Source: the human T2T-CHM13v2.0 reference genome, Homo sapiens. From it: DNA of 64,000 bases. This document shows, piece by piece, positions 14,980 to 27,352 of this stretch. Both the position numbers and the translations under genes were made by a program. How positions within the stretch are numbered: the first letter of the stretch is position 1; the number at the start of each line of letters is the position of its first letter. Where the stretch lies: the NCBI RefSeq assembly GCF_009914755.1, contig NC_060926.1; one strand, given 5' to 3'. The notes under the pieces are model-generated. The model did not search any database. It saw only the letters and a program-made list of their open reading frames with translations, and was not told the origin of the DNA.

Positions 14980-15316
14980 GGCCGGGTGCAGCGGCTCACG
15001 CCTGTAATCCCAGCACTTTGGGAGGCCAAGGTGGGCGGATCACGAGGTCAGGAGATCAAGACCATCCTGGCTAACACGGTGAAACCCCTTCTCTACTAAA
15101 AATACAAAAAAATTAGCTGGCCCTGGTGGCACGCACCTGTAATCCCAGCTACTCAGGAGGCTGAGGCAGGAGAATCACTTGAACCCAGGAGGCGGAGCTT
15201 GCAGAGAGCCGAGATGGCACCACTGCACTCCAGCCTGGGCCACAGACCAAGACTCCATCTCAAAAAAGGAAAGGAAAGGAAAGAGGAAAGAAAGAAAAGA
15301 AAAGAAAGAAAAAAAT
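14980..15316 (+). mobile_element. Alu (AluY-like) with GAAA-rich tail
   Basis: ggccgggtgcagcggctcacgcc...gagatcaagaccatcctggctaacacggtg, ggcggagcttgcag. Confidence 0.95.
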
Positions 15317-16635
15317 AAATGCCCCCCTTCTTTCCAACAGGCTTTCAAATGCGAGTCTGACATAAAAGACAGATCACAGCATCACCAACAGCAATGGCTA
15401 AGATGTACAGTGTATACACTACCCACGACCTTCACAGGCATCCTTTCCTGCGAGCCTGGTCACCACCCTCTGCTGCAGGCTCCCTCCCCATCCCACTGAG
15501 CCTGTGTGCCTCTGGCTCATACAGAGCCAGTGTGCCTCTGGCCGGCCTGAGTAGGGAGAATGCAGTGGCCTTTCCTGAACCCTTGAGTTCTCACGGAGCC
15601 CTCTCTGGCTAGGGAGGAGGAGAAGCCTTCTAGGGAATGAGGAGAAGCGGCCCCCTGCATCCTGCTCCTGCACTTTTCCTTCCTTCCAGCATCCTTCACC
15701 ACTGCATCTCCACCCTTTGTGCCCATAAACTGTGGGTCCTGTTGTCTCTGGGCCACTTTGGCCTCCCCTTCCTCAGCACATCTCCTGGGGAAGCACGGCT
15801 ATCTGCCTTGGGATGTAGCCACGAACCTCCTCCTTGGAGCCAATCCTCCTGAATGTTTGAACTGAGTTTCCAGGCAGCAGAATGTTCCCTCCTGCCTCCT
15901 GCCGCCCCTGCGGTCCTGCCCACTCCCCACACGGGCTCTGCTGCTCCTGCCTGTCAAACCCGGTGGAGGAAGGAGAAAAACACTTTCCACATCCTGTTAA
16001 CCAACTGATGAGCCTTCTGGAAACCCAATAACAAAGCGTACCTAACTAAATCATCATTATTTACACATGCAGCCCAATCGAGGACATTTAGTCATGTAAT
16101 TAAGTACCTAATTATGCTGAAAATGCAATTATATGATTTTTTAAATGAATTAAGTCCTCCAGAGAAGTGGTAAAGATTAGCACGCAGCATCTGTCTGGGG
16201 AGCAGGTACCTCGAAGGGCACCCAAATGTGACACCAAGCTGCACAGGGGCCAAATGGTCTGAACCCAGATCACATGTGTGAGCACACACGGGCCCACACA
16301 GGCTCACATGCAGAGGATGCCAGCTTCACCTCTGTGTCTCCAGGACTCTACAAAGGTCTGGTGCACACCAGGAACTTGATAAATGACAGTCATTAATGTC
16401 ATTGGAAGCATAGTATACATCTATGGAGTGACTATTGAGCGACTTAGAGAATCTTAGGAAGGTTATTTATCCAGCATCTGAGAGGCAGGTGTGTAGAGAA
16501 AGAAAAAAAAATTGAGAGAAGGATCAGCCAGGATATGTCAGAGGATATTTTAAGCAACATCACTCATTCATTCAGATGCTAAAGCAAAAAAACACAGTCA
16601 GTGTCTTCTAGGAGCTCAAAAATTAGTGCAGAGTT

Positions 16636-16928
<293 letters not shown>

Positions 16929-18099
16929 TCAGAGACAGAAAAAGCATCTTAATGGTGATATGAACAGGTTGTTCAGCAAACTACAACTTGTGGGCCAAAT
17001 GCAACCTGTGGCCTGTTTTTGTACAGTCAGGTAAGCTAACAATGATTTTTACCTCTTTACGGTGTTTCCTCACTTCCATCCCATGCAACTCAGGTTCCGA
17101 GGCCATAGTATTAATCACTCACTGTACATGCACAACTCCAGTGGGGGGTCCAGAGTGATCATTGCATCCAGGAGCCAAATCTCATATTTCTTTATAAATA
17201 TTGAAACAAAACTGTGGAGCCAAATTGTTAATGAAAGAAAGATTCATTATATCTTGGAAAAGGAAGCCAATGATGTGAATAAGGATGAAGAGGTTGAAGA
17301 TGGTCACAGGAATTGTCAGAGGAGGAGATGGAGAAAGATGAGGCCAAGAGGGGAAACTGAGTCTACACACTTCAGTGTAGGGTTTCCCTCCATGAGCCCA
17401 AAATCCAAGGGACAACCCGGAGCCTCCCCTCAAATAATCCTGGCAGCGGACTCTCAATGAGCATAGGAAGTGAGAGGAACCTTTCCAGTGTCTCTAGGAA
17501 ACCGTTCACACTGGAGACCCCTGAGAGGACAGCTGAGTAACACACCAATAACAAACTCAGGGAGCTCGAGAAGCAAAGTCTGTGGCCAGCGGCCCTGTGA
17601 TTCCAAATGCCCAGCCTCTGACCTGCTCCCTGAGAGGTCAGAACTTCCCTTCATTTCCACCTGCAGAAGCAAGGGACTGGGGGTGAACCATGGACTGAAG
17701 CCACAGCGCACATTTCTCAGTGTGCAATTGCAGCCCAGGGAAAGGGTGAAAGGAGCAGTGGTCACTGAATGTACTGTCTCTTTTCCACAACATGCATGTC
17801 TTTCTTGAAAATGAAAATGACTACTTGGAGCATCTCCTAACCAGGTTAGGCAAAGGATGTGTGGACACGAGACTCAGAGGGCCATTCAGAGAGGGTGGTC
17901 ATGGTCCTACTATCCAACAACAGCCTGACGCCTGCTCACGGGAGACACCGCCAAGCAGGTGCAGGCATCCAGTGGGAACCTGGAGCAAGGCGGGCAGGTC
18001 AGGGCGGCGGGAAGGGACCTTAACAGACCTTCTAGTCGGCGACTTTGAAGATTCTTCAAGACAATAGCCAGTTCTGAAGATTCATCCCCGTTTCTTCAC

Positions 18100-18640
18100 T
18101 GTAAAAGTAACACGTTTTTTGTAGATGACTTGGAAAATACAGACAGCCATATGTTAGAAGTAAACAAAACCACTCCTAACCCGTCTACTTCTTAAAAGCC
18201 GGTACTTAACATTTGAAGCGTATTTCTTTTCATCGCTTTGTTTTAAGGTTTTTGTGGAATATTTTTCATCATTTCTATTTAGAGGGTCCCGTTTTCTTCA
18301 CTTAACATCAATACCCTAAGCATTTCTTCCTGTTGCTAAGTTCACGTGCACCCCTTCCCTAACTGCATAATACTGGGTCATATGGGGGTATCATAATTGA
18401 CATAACCAATGCCCAAATATGGAACATTTAGATTGCTCTCTCTCTTCAATTTTTCATTTTAGACTGCATTACCATCTACTTTCCCGAGCACGGACTTTTG
18501 TTCCTGTTCCAGATTGTTTCTCTAGGATCAATTCCTAGAAGTGGATTGCTTGATTCTCAGGGTGATACATATGCCAAATAGTATACCAGAGTATTGAAGG
18601 TACTTGTTTCTAGGAATCCCACTTTGACATATCGACGATG
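18100..18640 (-). mobile_element. Ancient L1 (L1ME-like) 3' fragment
   Basis: ttcacttaacat, ggaacatttagattg, taggatcaattcctagaagtggattgct. Confidence 0.55.
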
Positions 18641-18755
18641 AGAATAATTAATATTCAAATAGCCTGACCTATGTCAGGCTCTGTGTACCACAAACTAGCT
18701 TACAATGGGGCTACACTGTTGTGCCACCGGGTTTTACATGTGAAGAAACCATGGT

Positions 18756-18863
18756 TTGCAGTGAGCCAAGATTGCGCCATTGCACTCCAGCCTGGGCAAC
18801 AGAGCAAAAACTTCATCCAAAAAAAAAAAAAAAGAAAGAAAGAAAGAAAAGAAAAGAAAGAAA
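18756..18863 (+). mobile_element. 5'-truncated Alu 3' end with A/GAAA tail
   Basis: ttgcagtgagccaagattgcgccattgcactccagcctgggcaacagagc plus poly-A. Confidence 0.85.
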
Positions 18864-20043
18864 AGCTACATAGCATTCCTCAAAATGGTCTGGCCATGAG
18901 TATCGTCACTGAGGGGCCACTCCCTCACCTGTCTGCGCCATGCCTGGCAAGTGTGCTGACTTCACAGCAGGGCGGCCAGATGCCTGGCCCTGAGCCTGGC
19001 AGATGGGTGACCCCAGGAGCATGGTGCGCAGGATTGCACACCCTCACCCTCCTCAGGGAGGTGTCTGGGTGGAGCTGGGACTGGAAATAGGTGTGTCCAG
19101 GGTGTTCTGCGCTCCAGCCACCTCCGGTGGAGCTTGGAGCTGGCAAGTCAAGCAGATGCTGATTGGGATACACGGGCCTTCCTGGCTCCTCAGAACACCT
19201 GCACACAGCCATTTTCTTTGCCATTTTGGTACCCCAAACACCTATTTTTGGAGAAGCATTTCCCTGCTGCCTCACTGGAGCTCAGCTATCCTTAAATCAA
19301 TCAGCAGTGGTCTGGTAGGTGGATCAGCTGGGAACACATGCTTAATTTCCCAACAACAAGGCCAAGGAGACTGCAGTCTCAGGAGCTATGGAGCAGAAGG
19401 GTGTGTGCATGGACCAGACCCCGGCACAAGGGCCCCAAATCCCCGAACCCAGCACCAGGCATGGGGGTAGACAGGGGACACGCAGAAGGAATAGATTCTC
19501 CGAGTCCTCCACTGTGCCCGGTCCTCATCTCTGTCAGGGTGGGGTTCTTGAGAGCCTGGTTGCCGCTCACTCTCAGATGGTATCTCCCGCTTCTCCCCTC
19601 AGCTTCAGTTCCCTCTTAAGGACTCTGTTCTCCTTCCACTTCCGCTGTGAAGATCCCTCAGCGTGATGAAGATGCAGGGGCAAGTCAGAGGTTACACAGT
19701 GGGGGCTGCCCTGCTAGTGTGCTGAAGCCACGCCAGCTGTTCAGGGCAGCTTTCTGCTTCCAGGAAGAACACATTGACCTGGCTCCTTTCAACAGTCTGG
19801 GCGTTGTCTTAAGCCTGAGCTTCTTCAGTTGCCTGCTGACCCCAGACACCCCCTCCAGTCCCTACCCATCTCCAGCAGCCAGATGCTGACCAAGCCCCAG
19901 GAGCTTCCCAGACGTAAGAGCCACTAGAATCGCCTCCTCCCCACTCTTCCTGCCTCTTTCAAATTTGATTTCCCTAGAAATCTTCCGGCAGGGTGTGTCT
20001 GCTGGGGGTCAGGCTGGGGGAATTGTGGTTCTGCTTTCCTTCA

Positions 20044-20368
<325 letters not shown>

Positions 20369-22410
20369 GGATATTTGCTGCTTTCCTGATAAACTACAAA
20401 TGCTGCACCATCCACAGCTGACAAAGTCCTCTCCCCAGTGGTGGACAAGGGCAACTCCACCTTGCTCAGCCAGCTTTTATCCCCAGATTCTTCCTCCTTC
20501 AGAGTGCCTTGCTGATTTCTGCTGTTGTCAGGATCCTGGACTTTGGAGACGATGGTTCCACTTTTTCATACTCTCGCCTCACAAGGGAGAAAAAGCACTC
20601 TTTCCTTTTACTTAGATGTCGTAGCTCAACTGAGGCAGATTGGTTATGGTGTTGAAGTAAGGTTCTGTTTAAATTTTTTTTCTAAGGCTCAGGGCGAGTA
20701 ACAGGGAAATCTATACAGAGGAAACCCTGGAACCAGACATTTCAAGTTCTAAGTCACGGCAGCCTCACTTTCTTTCCAGTTCCCCTCCTGGGAGTACATC
20801 CCAAAAGCAAGTGACTAGGTATGAAAAGTTATCCAGCAAGACTCCAAGATGTACATAAGGAAGAGATGTCCTTTCCTGACTCTGCCTTCTGAGTGTTGAG
20901 CCTCTGCTTCATCCCAATTTACTGACATAGGAATGACTGTCTTCTCCAGGGCAGAGAGGCCACATCTCCTCCCCCCTCACCTTTGCAGGCCTCTACACTT
21001 CCATCCAGATGGTGCAGTGCAGCCTGCGTGGGTCCAATTCTGTCATCGATGTGGTGTTTTGATACCGCAGCAGCAGATAAGACCGGATAAGGGTTAGGAG
21101 GAGGAAAGCACTGCTGATCATCTTATAGAGTGTCAAAGCAGTACAGCTAAATTGCACAGCACCTTGGCAGCCTTGGGGATTGTTGGGGGACTGTTGTAAG
21201 GTCACCCATACAGACCTTCAGGGCAATCATTTTGACCTTGAGACTTTCAGACACGTTCTGAACAGGCTGGTCAAGTTCACATCAACCTCACCTGTGTATT
21301 CCATCTGCAAGACCAGACGAATGCACATGTGCTTTATGCACAGATAGGAAGAGTGGCCATGCCTGAGAGTGACGGCAGATTGAAGCCCTCATAGCATACA
21401 TCCAGCAGGTCCCTGGAGCCCATGGTGATCAGGCATCCAGGGAAGCTCTCCACCCAACCCAGAGGCTTACTGACCACTCTATCATCATGGCCTTCCCTTC
21501 ATGTATCCCTCCCACCACCATGCCCACTACCACACTGGCATTGCCCACCCACTATCTCAGAAGGACAGACTTGGGGCCACCTCTTCAGGAAGCCTTTCCT
21601 GAGGATACTGGAGATCTATGGGTTCCAACAGAGAGCAACCTTTTCCCAACTTACCCACATGCATTTGTCCTTGTCGGTTACACAGCGTGCTCCTGATGGC
21701 AGGGACTTGGCCTTAACGGTGGAGCATATGGCTGGAGCGTAGAAGGTGCTACAAAAGGTTTGCTGAAGGAAAGAATGAACCGGCACAATTATGAGCATCC
21801 CCATTGCCATAGAATCCTAGAGTCCTGGGGCTCAGTCTCACAGTTGTGTCTCCACAAGTCTCCCTAGCACCTCGTCAATGCTCATTTTGACGCTTCATCA
21901 CATAGAGACTGTGGGCAGTCTGACTTTTGCACCTCCCCAGCCAAGTCATATGCTTCAGGGGGACGCGCACCATATTCTCCTCTCCCCTGTAACTCTGTGG
22001 CTGAATAAATGCTAACTGCTTAGCCAACACTGGCTGGCTTCTAGGAGAAATGGATGCGTGGGTAATAAGCTATTCATTTATTTCTTGGGGGCACTTTATT
22101 CTGAGACCCTACAGCCTGTACACTGCGTCTTTTCCGGAAGCAATGATAGCCAGCCATCAAGGGCAAGTAAACGCATTTGACCTTTCCTACCAAAAAGAAA
22201 AGTTAGTTAATGTACTTCAACTCTCATCTGATTTCTGCTTCACTTGTGCAAGGATGCTCAGGAATCTAGAGTAGGAAGAAAAACCACAGTGCTAGCTGAG
22301 AAGCACTTACCATGTCCCCAAAGGTTACTGTTCCTTCCCCCATTGCTGTCTGGCTCTTGAACCCCAAATCAGACTTGCACAAAGCCTTTCTGCTTCAGAG
22401 TGCTTGTTAA

Positions 22411-22722
<312 letters not shown>

Positions 22723-24394
22723 TGGTAAATTGACTTTTCTAACCAGGCTTGTAGGTTCCTCGCAATTGAACACTCCAGGTAACTGCCACAGCACCTGGCC
22801 AACTGTCAAGCAGTCAACGTTGCTGTTGCTGCTGCATCACTGTCATCAACAAGGTTTGTCATTGCAGGAAGTCTCCAAGGACCCCCATGAAACACCTGCA
22901 TTTCCTGTCATGATTTTGAGGCTGAAATCATCTTCCTCCTCCCAGAACACCTAGGTGTTCTAGTCTGAAGCCATCCTCACTCTCAACTCCCCTCCTTCGA
23001 GCCCTCACCCTGTGCCTGAATTCTTCCTTCTTTGCTGGGACAGATGGACAGGAGGAAGACAGGAAGTGGGGAACCCCTTCAACAACTCCTATGGCAGAGG
23101 GGAGCCATAGGAGATGGGCCGGGAAATGTAAAGACCAGCCCACGCAGGAAAAAAAGAGAACTTTTTAGCACAGTGTCATCTGAAAATGCAAGAGAAGAGA
23201 GGCTCTTGGTGGCAACAGAGGAGTGTGACTTCCAGCCTCAGGGCTAGCACCTGACCCCTGCTCTCCGTCCACATCTGAAAAATACCACTGGCCCTGAGAA
23301 TCCATTGCAACTGAGGTTCTGCACCCCAACAGCTGCACTCAAGCTGCCAACTGAAGCAGAGAGCACTGCCCGCACTGCAGGGTTGTGCCTGTGTGCCCCG
23401 CTGCCTCCAGGGGTGGCTGCCGTCTGCCAGAGAATGGACAGCTGACATCCTGAGGACATAGAGAGTTAGTAGGAATGACTGTAGCCAATGGCAAATCCCA
23501 TGGATGAAAAGCCACTCCCAACTCCACAAAGATGAGCATAGTGAAGGCTGCAGTTTAGTTGGTTCGTGGTTCCCCAGAAGGCTTTCAAACATTCAGCAGT
23601 TGTCATTCAGTGCCAGGCACCCAGTCTAATGCTGAGTATAGAGTTGTGAGCAAGACAAGCCTGAACGTGTGGAGCTTCCTGTCTGGTAGGGTGTTGCAGG
23701 GGGCCGGGGGGACCTTGCAACCTGGAGGAGGGCTGGGAAGAAAAAAAGTAGGATGCTTGGGTCTTTCCAAAAAATAGGTCCTCTCATGTCTGTCCAATCG
23801 TTGTGCTGGGTAATTGTCTATTTCTGATACCAGACCCAAGCTTGGCCGTAATCAACACCTTATTCTGCCATGAACCCACCCCCAAGGCTGCCCGCAGATC
23901 ACCCCCATCCTAGTTGCTGAGCTCAGCATGATCCTAATCTCAACCTCAGAAGTATCCCTCAGCTCCAGCAAGGGGCAGGCTTTCATTCCAGGCCCCTTAA
24001 GCTGGATGCAGACCAACCACCTACTTTCTGGGCTGGATCTGAGCTCACTCAGCCAGTCTTCTCCAAAGACCTGATATCACTGCTGCTAGCTGAATGGGTA
24101 CAGTGTAAGGGAGTGCGCCAAGGGGGGCTCTCACCCCTCCATCTCCAGAGGCTTCCGGAGCCTTGGAGCCGTGGATGGCAAGCAGACACTGGGGAGAAAG
24201 CTGAGAAGTGGGGAGAGCTGCCTTAGATGCTGAGCTCTCTGCCTGGAATGCTTATAGGCTTTGTGCAGCAAACTCCTATTTGCCCTTAAAGGACTAATCC
24301 TGATGTCACCGCTTCTGGAAGCCCTCTTTACACCAGCACTTCCCAGCCTACAGCATGAATCAGAATCTACTATAGTAATTACTGGGTCCCAGTC

Positions 24395-24502
24395 CTAGTG
24401 TTTTTCTTCAGTAGGTCTGGGCTGGGGCCTGAGAATTTCTATTTCTAACAGGCTCCCAGAGGATGCTGTGTATCCAGAGACTATGCTTTGAGAATTGCTG
24501 TC
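24395..24502. mobile_element. MER5A-like hAT fragment
   Basis: cagtaggtctgggctggggcctgagaatttctatttctaacaggctcccag..ctttgagaa. Confidence 0.65.
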
Positions 24503-26465
24503 TCACAGCATCCGCACCTTCCCAGACAGCCTTGAGCTTCCTCTCTATGCTGATTCTGATCTATTAATATAGGGCAGCTCTGGTTGGGCTGAAATGTCAC
24601 TCCCCTGGAGTCTGTCACATTGTGAAACATGTGTAAATTCAGCTCCACACACTTGGTGGGGTGGGGGGCATGGAGAGAGTAGTTCCAGCTGAGGGAACTT
24701 TCCTGCCCACCACGCTCCTCAGAGGGCATGAGCTTGGAGGGAGCCCACATTGGGAGGCCCAGCTGGCAATCCCAATGGTCTCCCAATGAGGCCCCGAAGC
24801 TCTCAGGTCCTACCTCCCCTCCCAGCCTGGCTGCCCTGCTGGAAGTGTGTGTAGTCTCCCAGTATACAGATTTGAGTACAAGGTCCCTAACCAGAAGCCA
24901 AGAAATGCACCCCAAGTTGTTCAAGCCAAATATCTCACCTGGAAACCAGCTCTACCAAGGCTCTACACTTTGCAGTGCCCTGTAAGGCTAAACACACTGA
25001 CTCAAGGCTGCCAGGGCTTCAAATGATTGACTTCTGACTCTCAAGGTACAAGCCGGGGAAAATAACACTTTTCTGGGACGCAGCTGCCAAATCTGGAAAA
25101 TGGGGCTAATAATAACTCCTATCGAATGGAAATGTTGCAAGGTCTGAGTTAAAATACATTAAATGTTGAGAGCAGCACCTGGCATTTAGTATGAAATTAT
25201 TAACTGTTTTAAAGGAAGGGAAAATAACAGTCCCTTCTAACCCTGATTGTGTTGGACAAACTGTCATAAGAAATGCTGGTCTTTACCTGGAAAATTTCTA
25301 AGGGCAGTTCTGGGTATTTGAGCTTCTATAACCATCCATGCCTACTTAAGCAAGATGTTATTCTTTCTTTCCGAACTTTGAGGTGCATAGTGGTTAGAAA
25401 AGTCTAGAACTCCACCACTAAATCCATTCATTTATACATGCATGCATTTACTCATGCATTCAGTGAATATTTATTGAGTACCTACTATGAGCTAGATACT
25501 AAATTGGAGGCTGCACTTGTTCACTGTAATAAAGTCTAGCACCCACTTGAACTTGCTATGGCTCCTGCTTCAGGTCTTGCTACTGAGAAGCACTGTGAAT
25601 GCTGGATCCTCTACCCTGCCTGGTTCCTGGTTCCCAAGGTGCTGACTCCAGACCCAGAGTTCACTGGGTCTCTTGGCGGCCTCAGTGCCTTGTATTATCT
25701 TCTTCCCCACCTCCAAGCTCCTTGGTGGCCCCAGACACCACTAGCTTGGCCCACCTGCTTCCTGCTGTGGACCCCTAGCTGGGAGTCTGTTTTCCCCTCA
25801 CCCACTATGACTCCTGACTCCAGCAGGCAGTTACTTATAAGAAAGAGGCATCTGGCAGCTGCACTGGGGAGAATGACCTCATAGCACTATAATTAAAGTG
25901 ATCATCTGAGTGGAAATGACTATTATGAAGCATCCTTCTCTGTTTTATTATGTGGAGCCATTGTAATGGGAATACGGGATTTCCTATGTTAACACTGATA
26001 TTTCTGTGATCCAATAAATCCTTCTTCACAATCATCTCCCAGAGGAAAGAAGGCATTCTGTGCAGCAGCTCTAGGAAACATCAGGTCCCCAATGTCCTAG
26101 ACATCCTACCCTCTTTGGCCAGGCCATTAAGCTGTGAAAAAACACACTCAGTAACTTGGATAATGTCATAGAGTGGTCCTTCCCACAGCAGAGTCAATGT
26201 AAAGACCTATGGGAGGGCTTCAGGAATGACTCCTCAGACAGGAGCCCTGGGAAGGGCTTCTGCAAGAGAGAAAGTGCACTCCAGAGGCAAGAGCACTGGC
26301 CAAGTCGTGACCTGATATCGGATGAGCTGTGTGATCATGGGCACATCACGTCTCTGAGCCTTGGTGTTCTTCCTGTGAGATGGGCCAATAACACCAGGCA
26401 CTTCATAGGATGGATGTGAAGACTGCATGATAGAGTAGATAGAAGGCAGTTAAAGCAACACCTGG

Positions 26466-26905
26466 TGCTATGGTTTGGATGTGGTTTGACCCTGCAAAAG
26501 CTCATGTTGAAATTTCGTTCCCAAGGTGGCAGTGATGGGAGGTGGGACCTAGTGGGAGATATTTGAGTCACAGGGGCAGATCCCTCATGCATATATTAAT
26601 ACCCCCTTGAGGGAGGGAGGGAGTTCTAGCTGTCGTGAGACTGGATTAGTCACTGGAAAGCAGGTTGTTATAAAAGCAAATTCAGCTTTCTAAACTCTCT
26701 TGCTTTCTATATCACCTTGTGGTCTCTTTGCGAATGTCAGATCCCCTTCTGCTTTTTGCCATGAGTGGGAGCAGTATGAGGCCCTCACCAGATGCAGCTG
26801 CCCAATTTGGACTTCCCAGCCACTAGAACTGTGAGCCAAACAAACCTCTCTTCTTTACAAATTACCCAAGTATTCAGCTATAGCAACTCAAATTGGACTG
26901 AGACA
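26466..26905 (+). mobile_element. MaLR solo LTR (MST-like), copy 1
   Basis: TGCTATGGTTTGGATG...GGACTGAGACA termini with 5-bp TSD CCTGG on both sides. Confidence 0.85.
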
Positions 26906-27295
26906 CCTGGTGTGAGCATCAGACACTCCACAAACATTCTTTCTTAAACACAACAAGAGTCCCTGCCTTCATACACAGCACAGATATCTGTTGAGCATCT
27001 ACCACATGCAGGCACCACTCTCAGTGGAGGCATACTGCAGAGAACTTAAATGGGCCTGGAGTGACCTGGTGGTTCAGGTTCAAACAGTTCCATCCCAGTC
27101 AGTGACCAAGCAGAACCTGGTTCCTGGTCTGTGCACCCCTGCTAGGAGTCGGTGGGTGCACCACACTGTCTCTGTCCACTTGAACCCATTCTCAGAGCTG
27201 CTCACACCTGAGCAAAGGATGCAGCTTAGGCCAAGGTGCTGCTAGGCATGGAGAGTCTTCCTCTCTGACCTCAGATTCTTGTCCTCTGTTCACAG

Positions 27296-27352
27296 AGCCT
27301 GATCCGGGGATGGCCTCTGCCTCCACCACAATGCATACTACCACCATTGCAG
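27296..27352 (+). CDS. GYPC: Glycophorin C exon 2 (57 bp, phase 1-1), (E)PDPGMASASTTMHTTTIA; contains the glycophorin D start codon (Met22, ATG 27310-27312)
   Basis: Acceptor ctctgttcacag|AGCCTGATCCGGGGATGGCC, donor ATTGCAG|gtgagt; translation matches GPC residues 17-35; GGGATGG is a strong Kozak context. Confidence 0.98.

Noticed and set aside
17062-17460. 132-aa ORF with a charged stretch, possible processed pseudogene
   Set aside because: No recognisable parent protein, poly(A) or TSD on either strand
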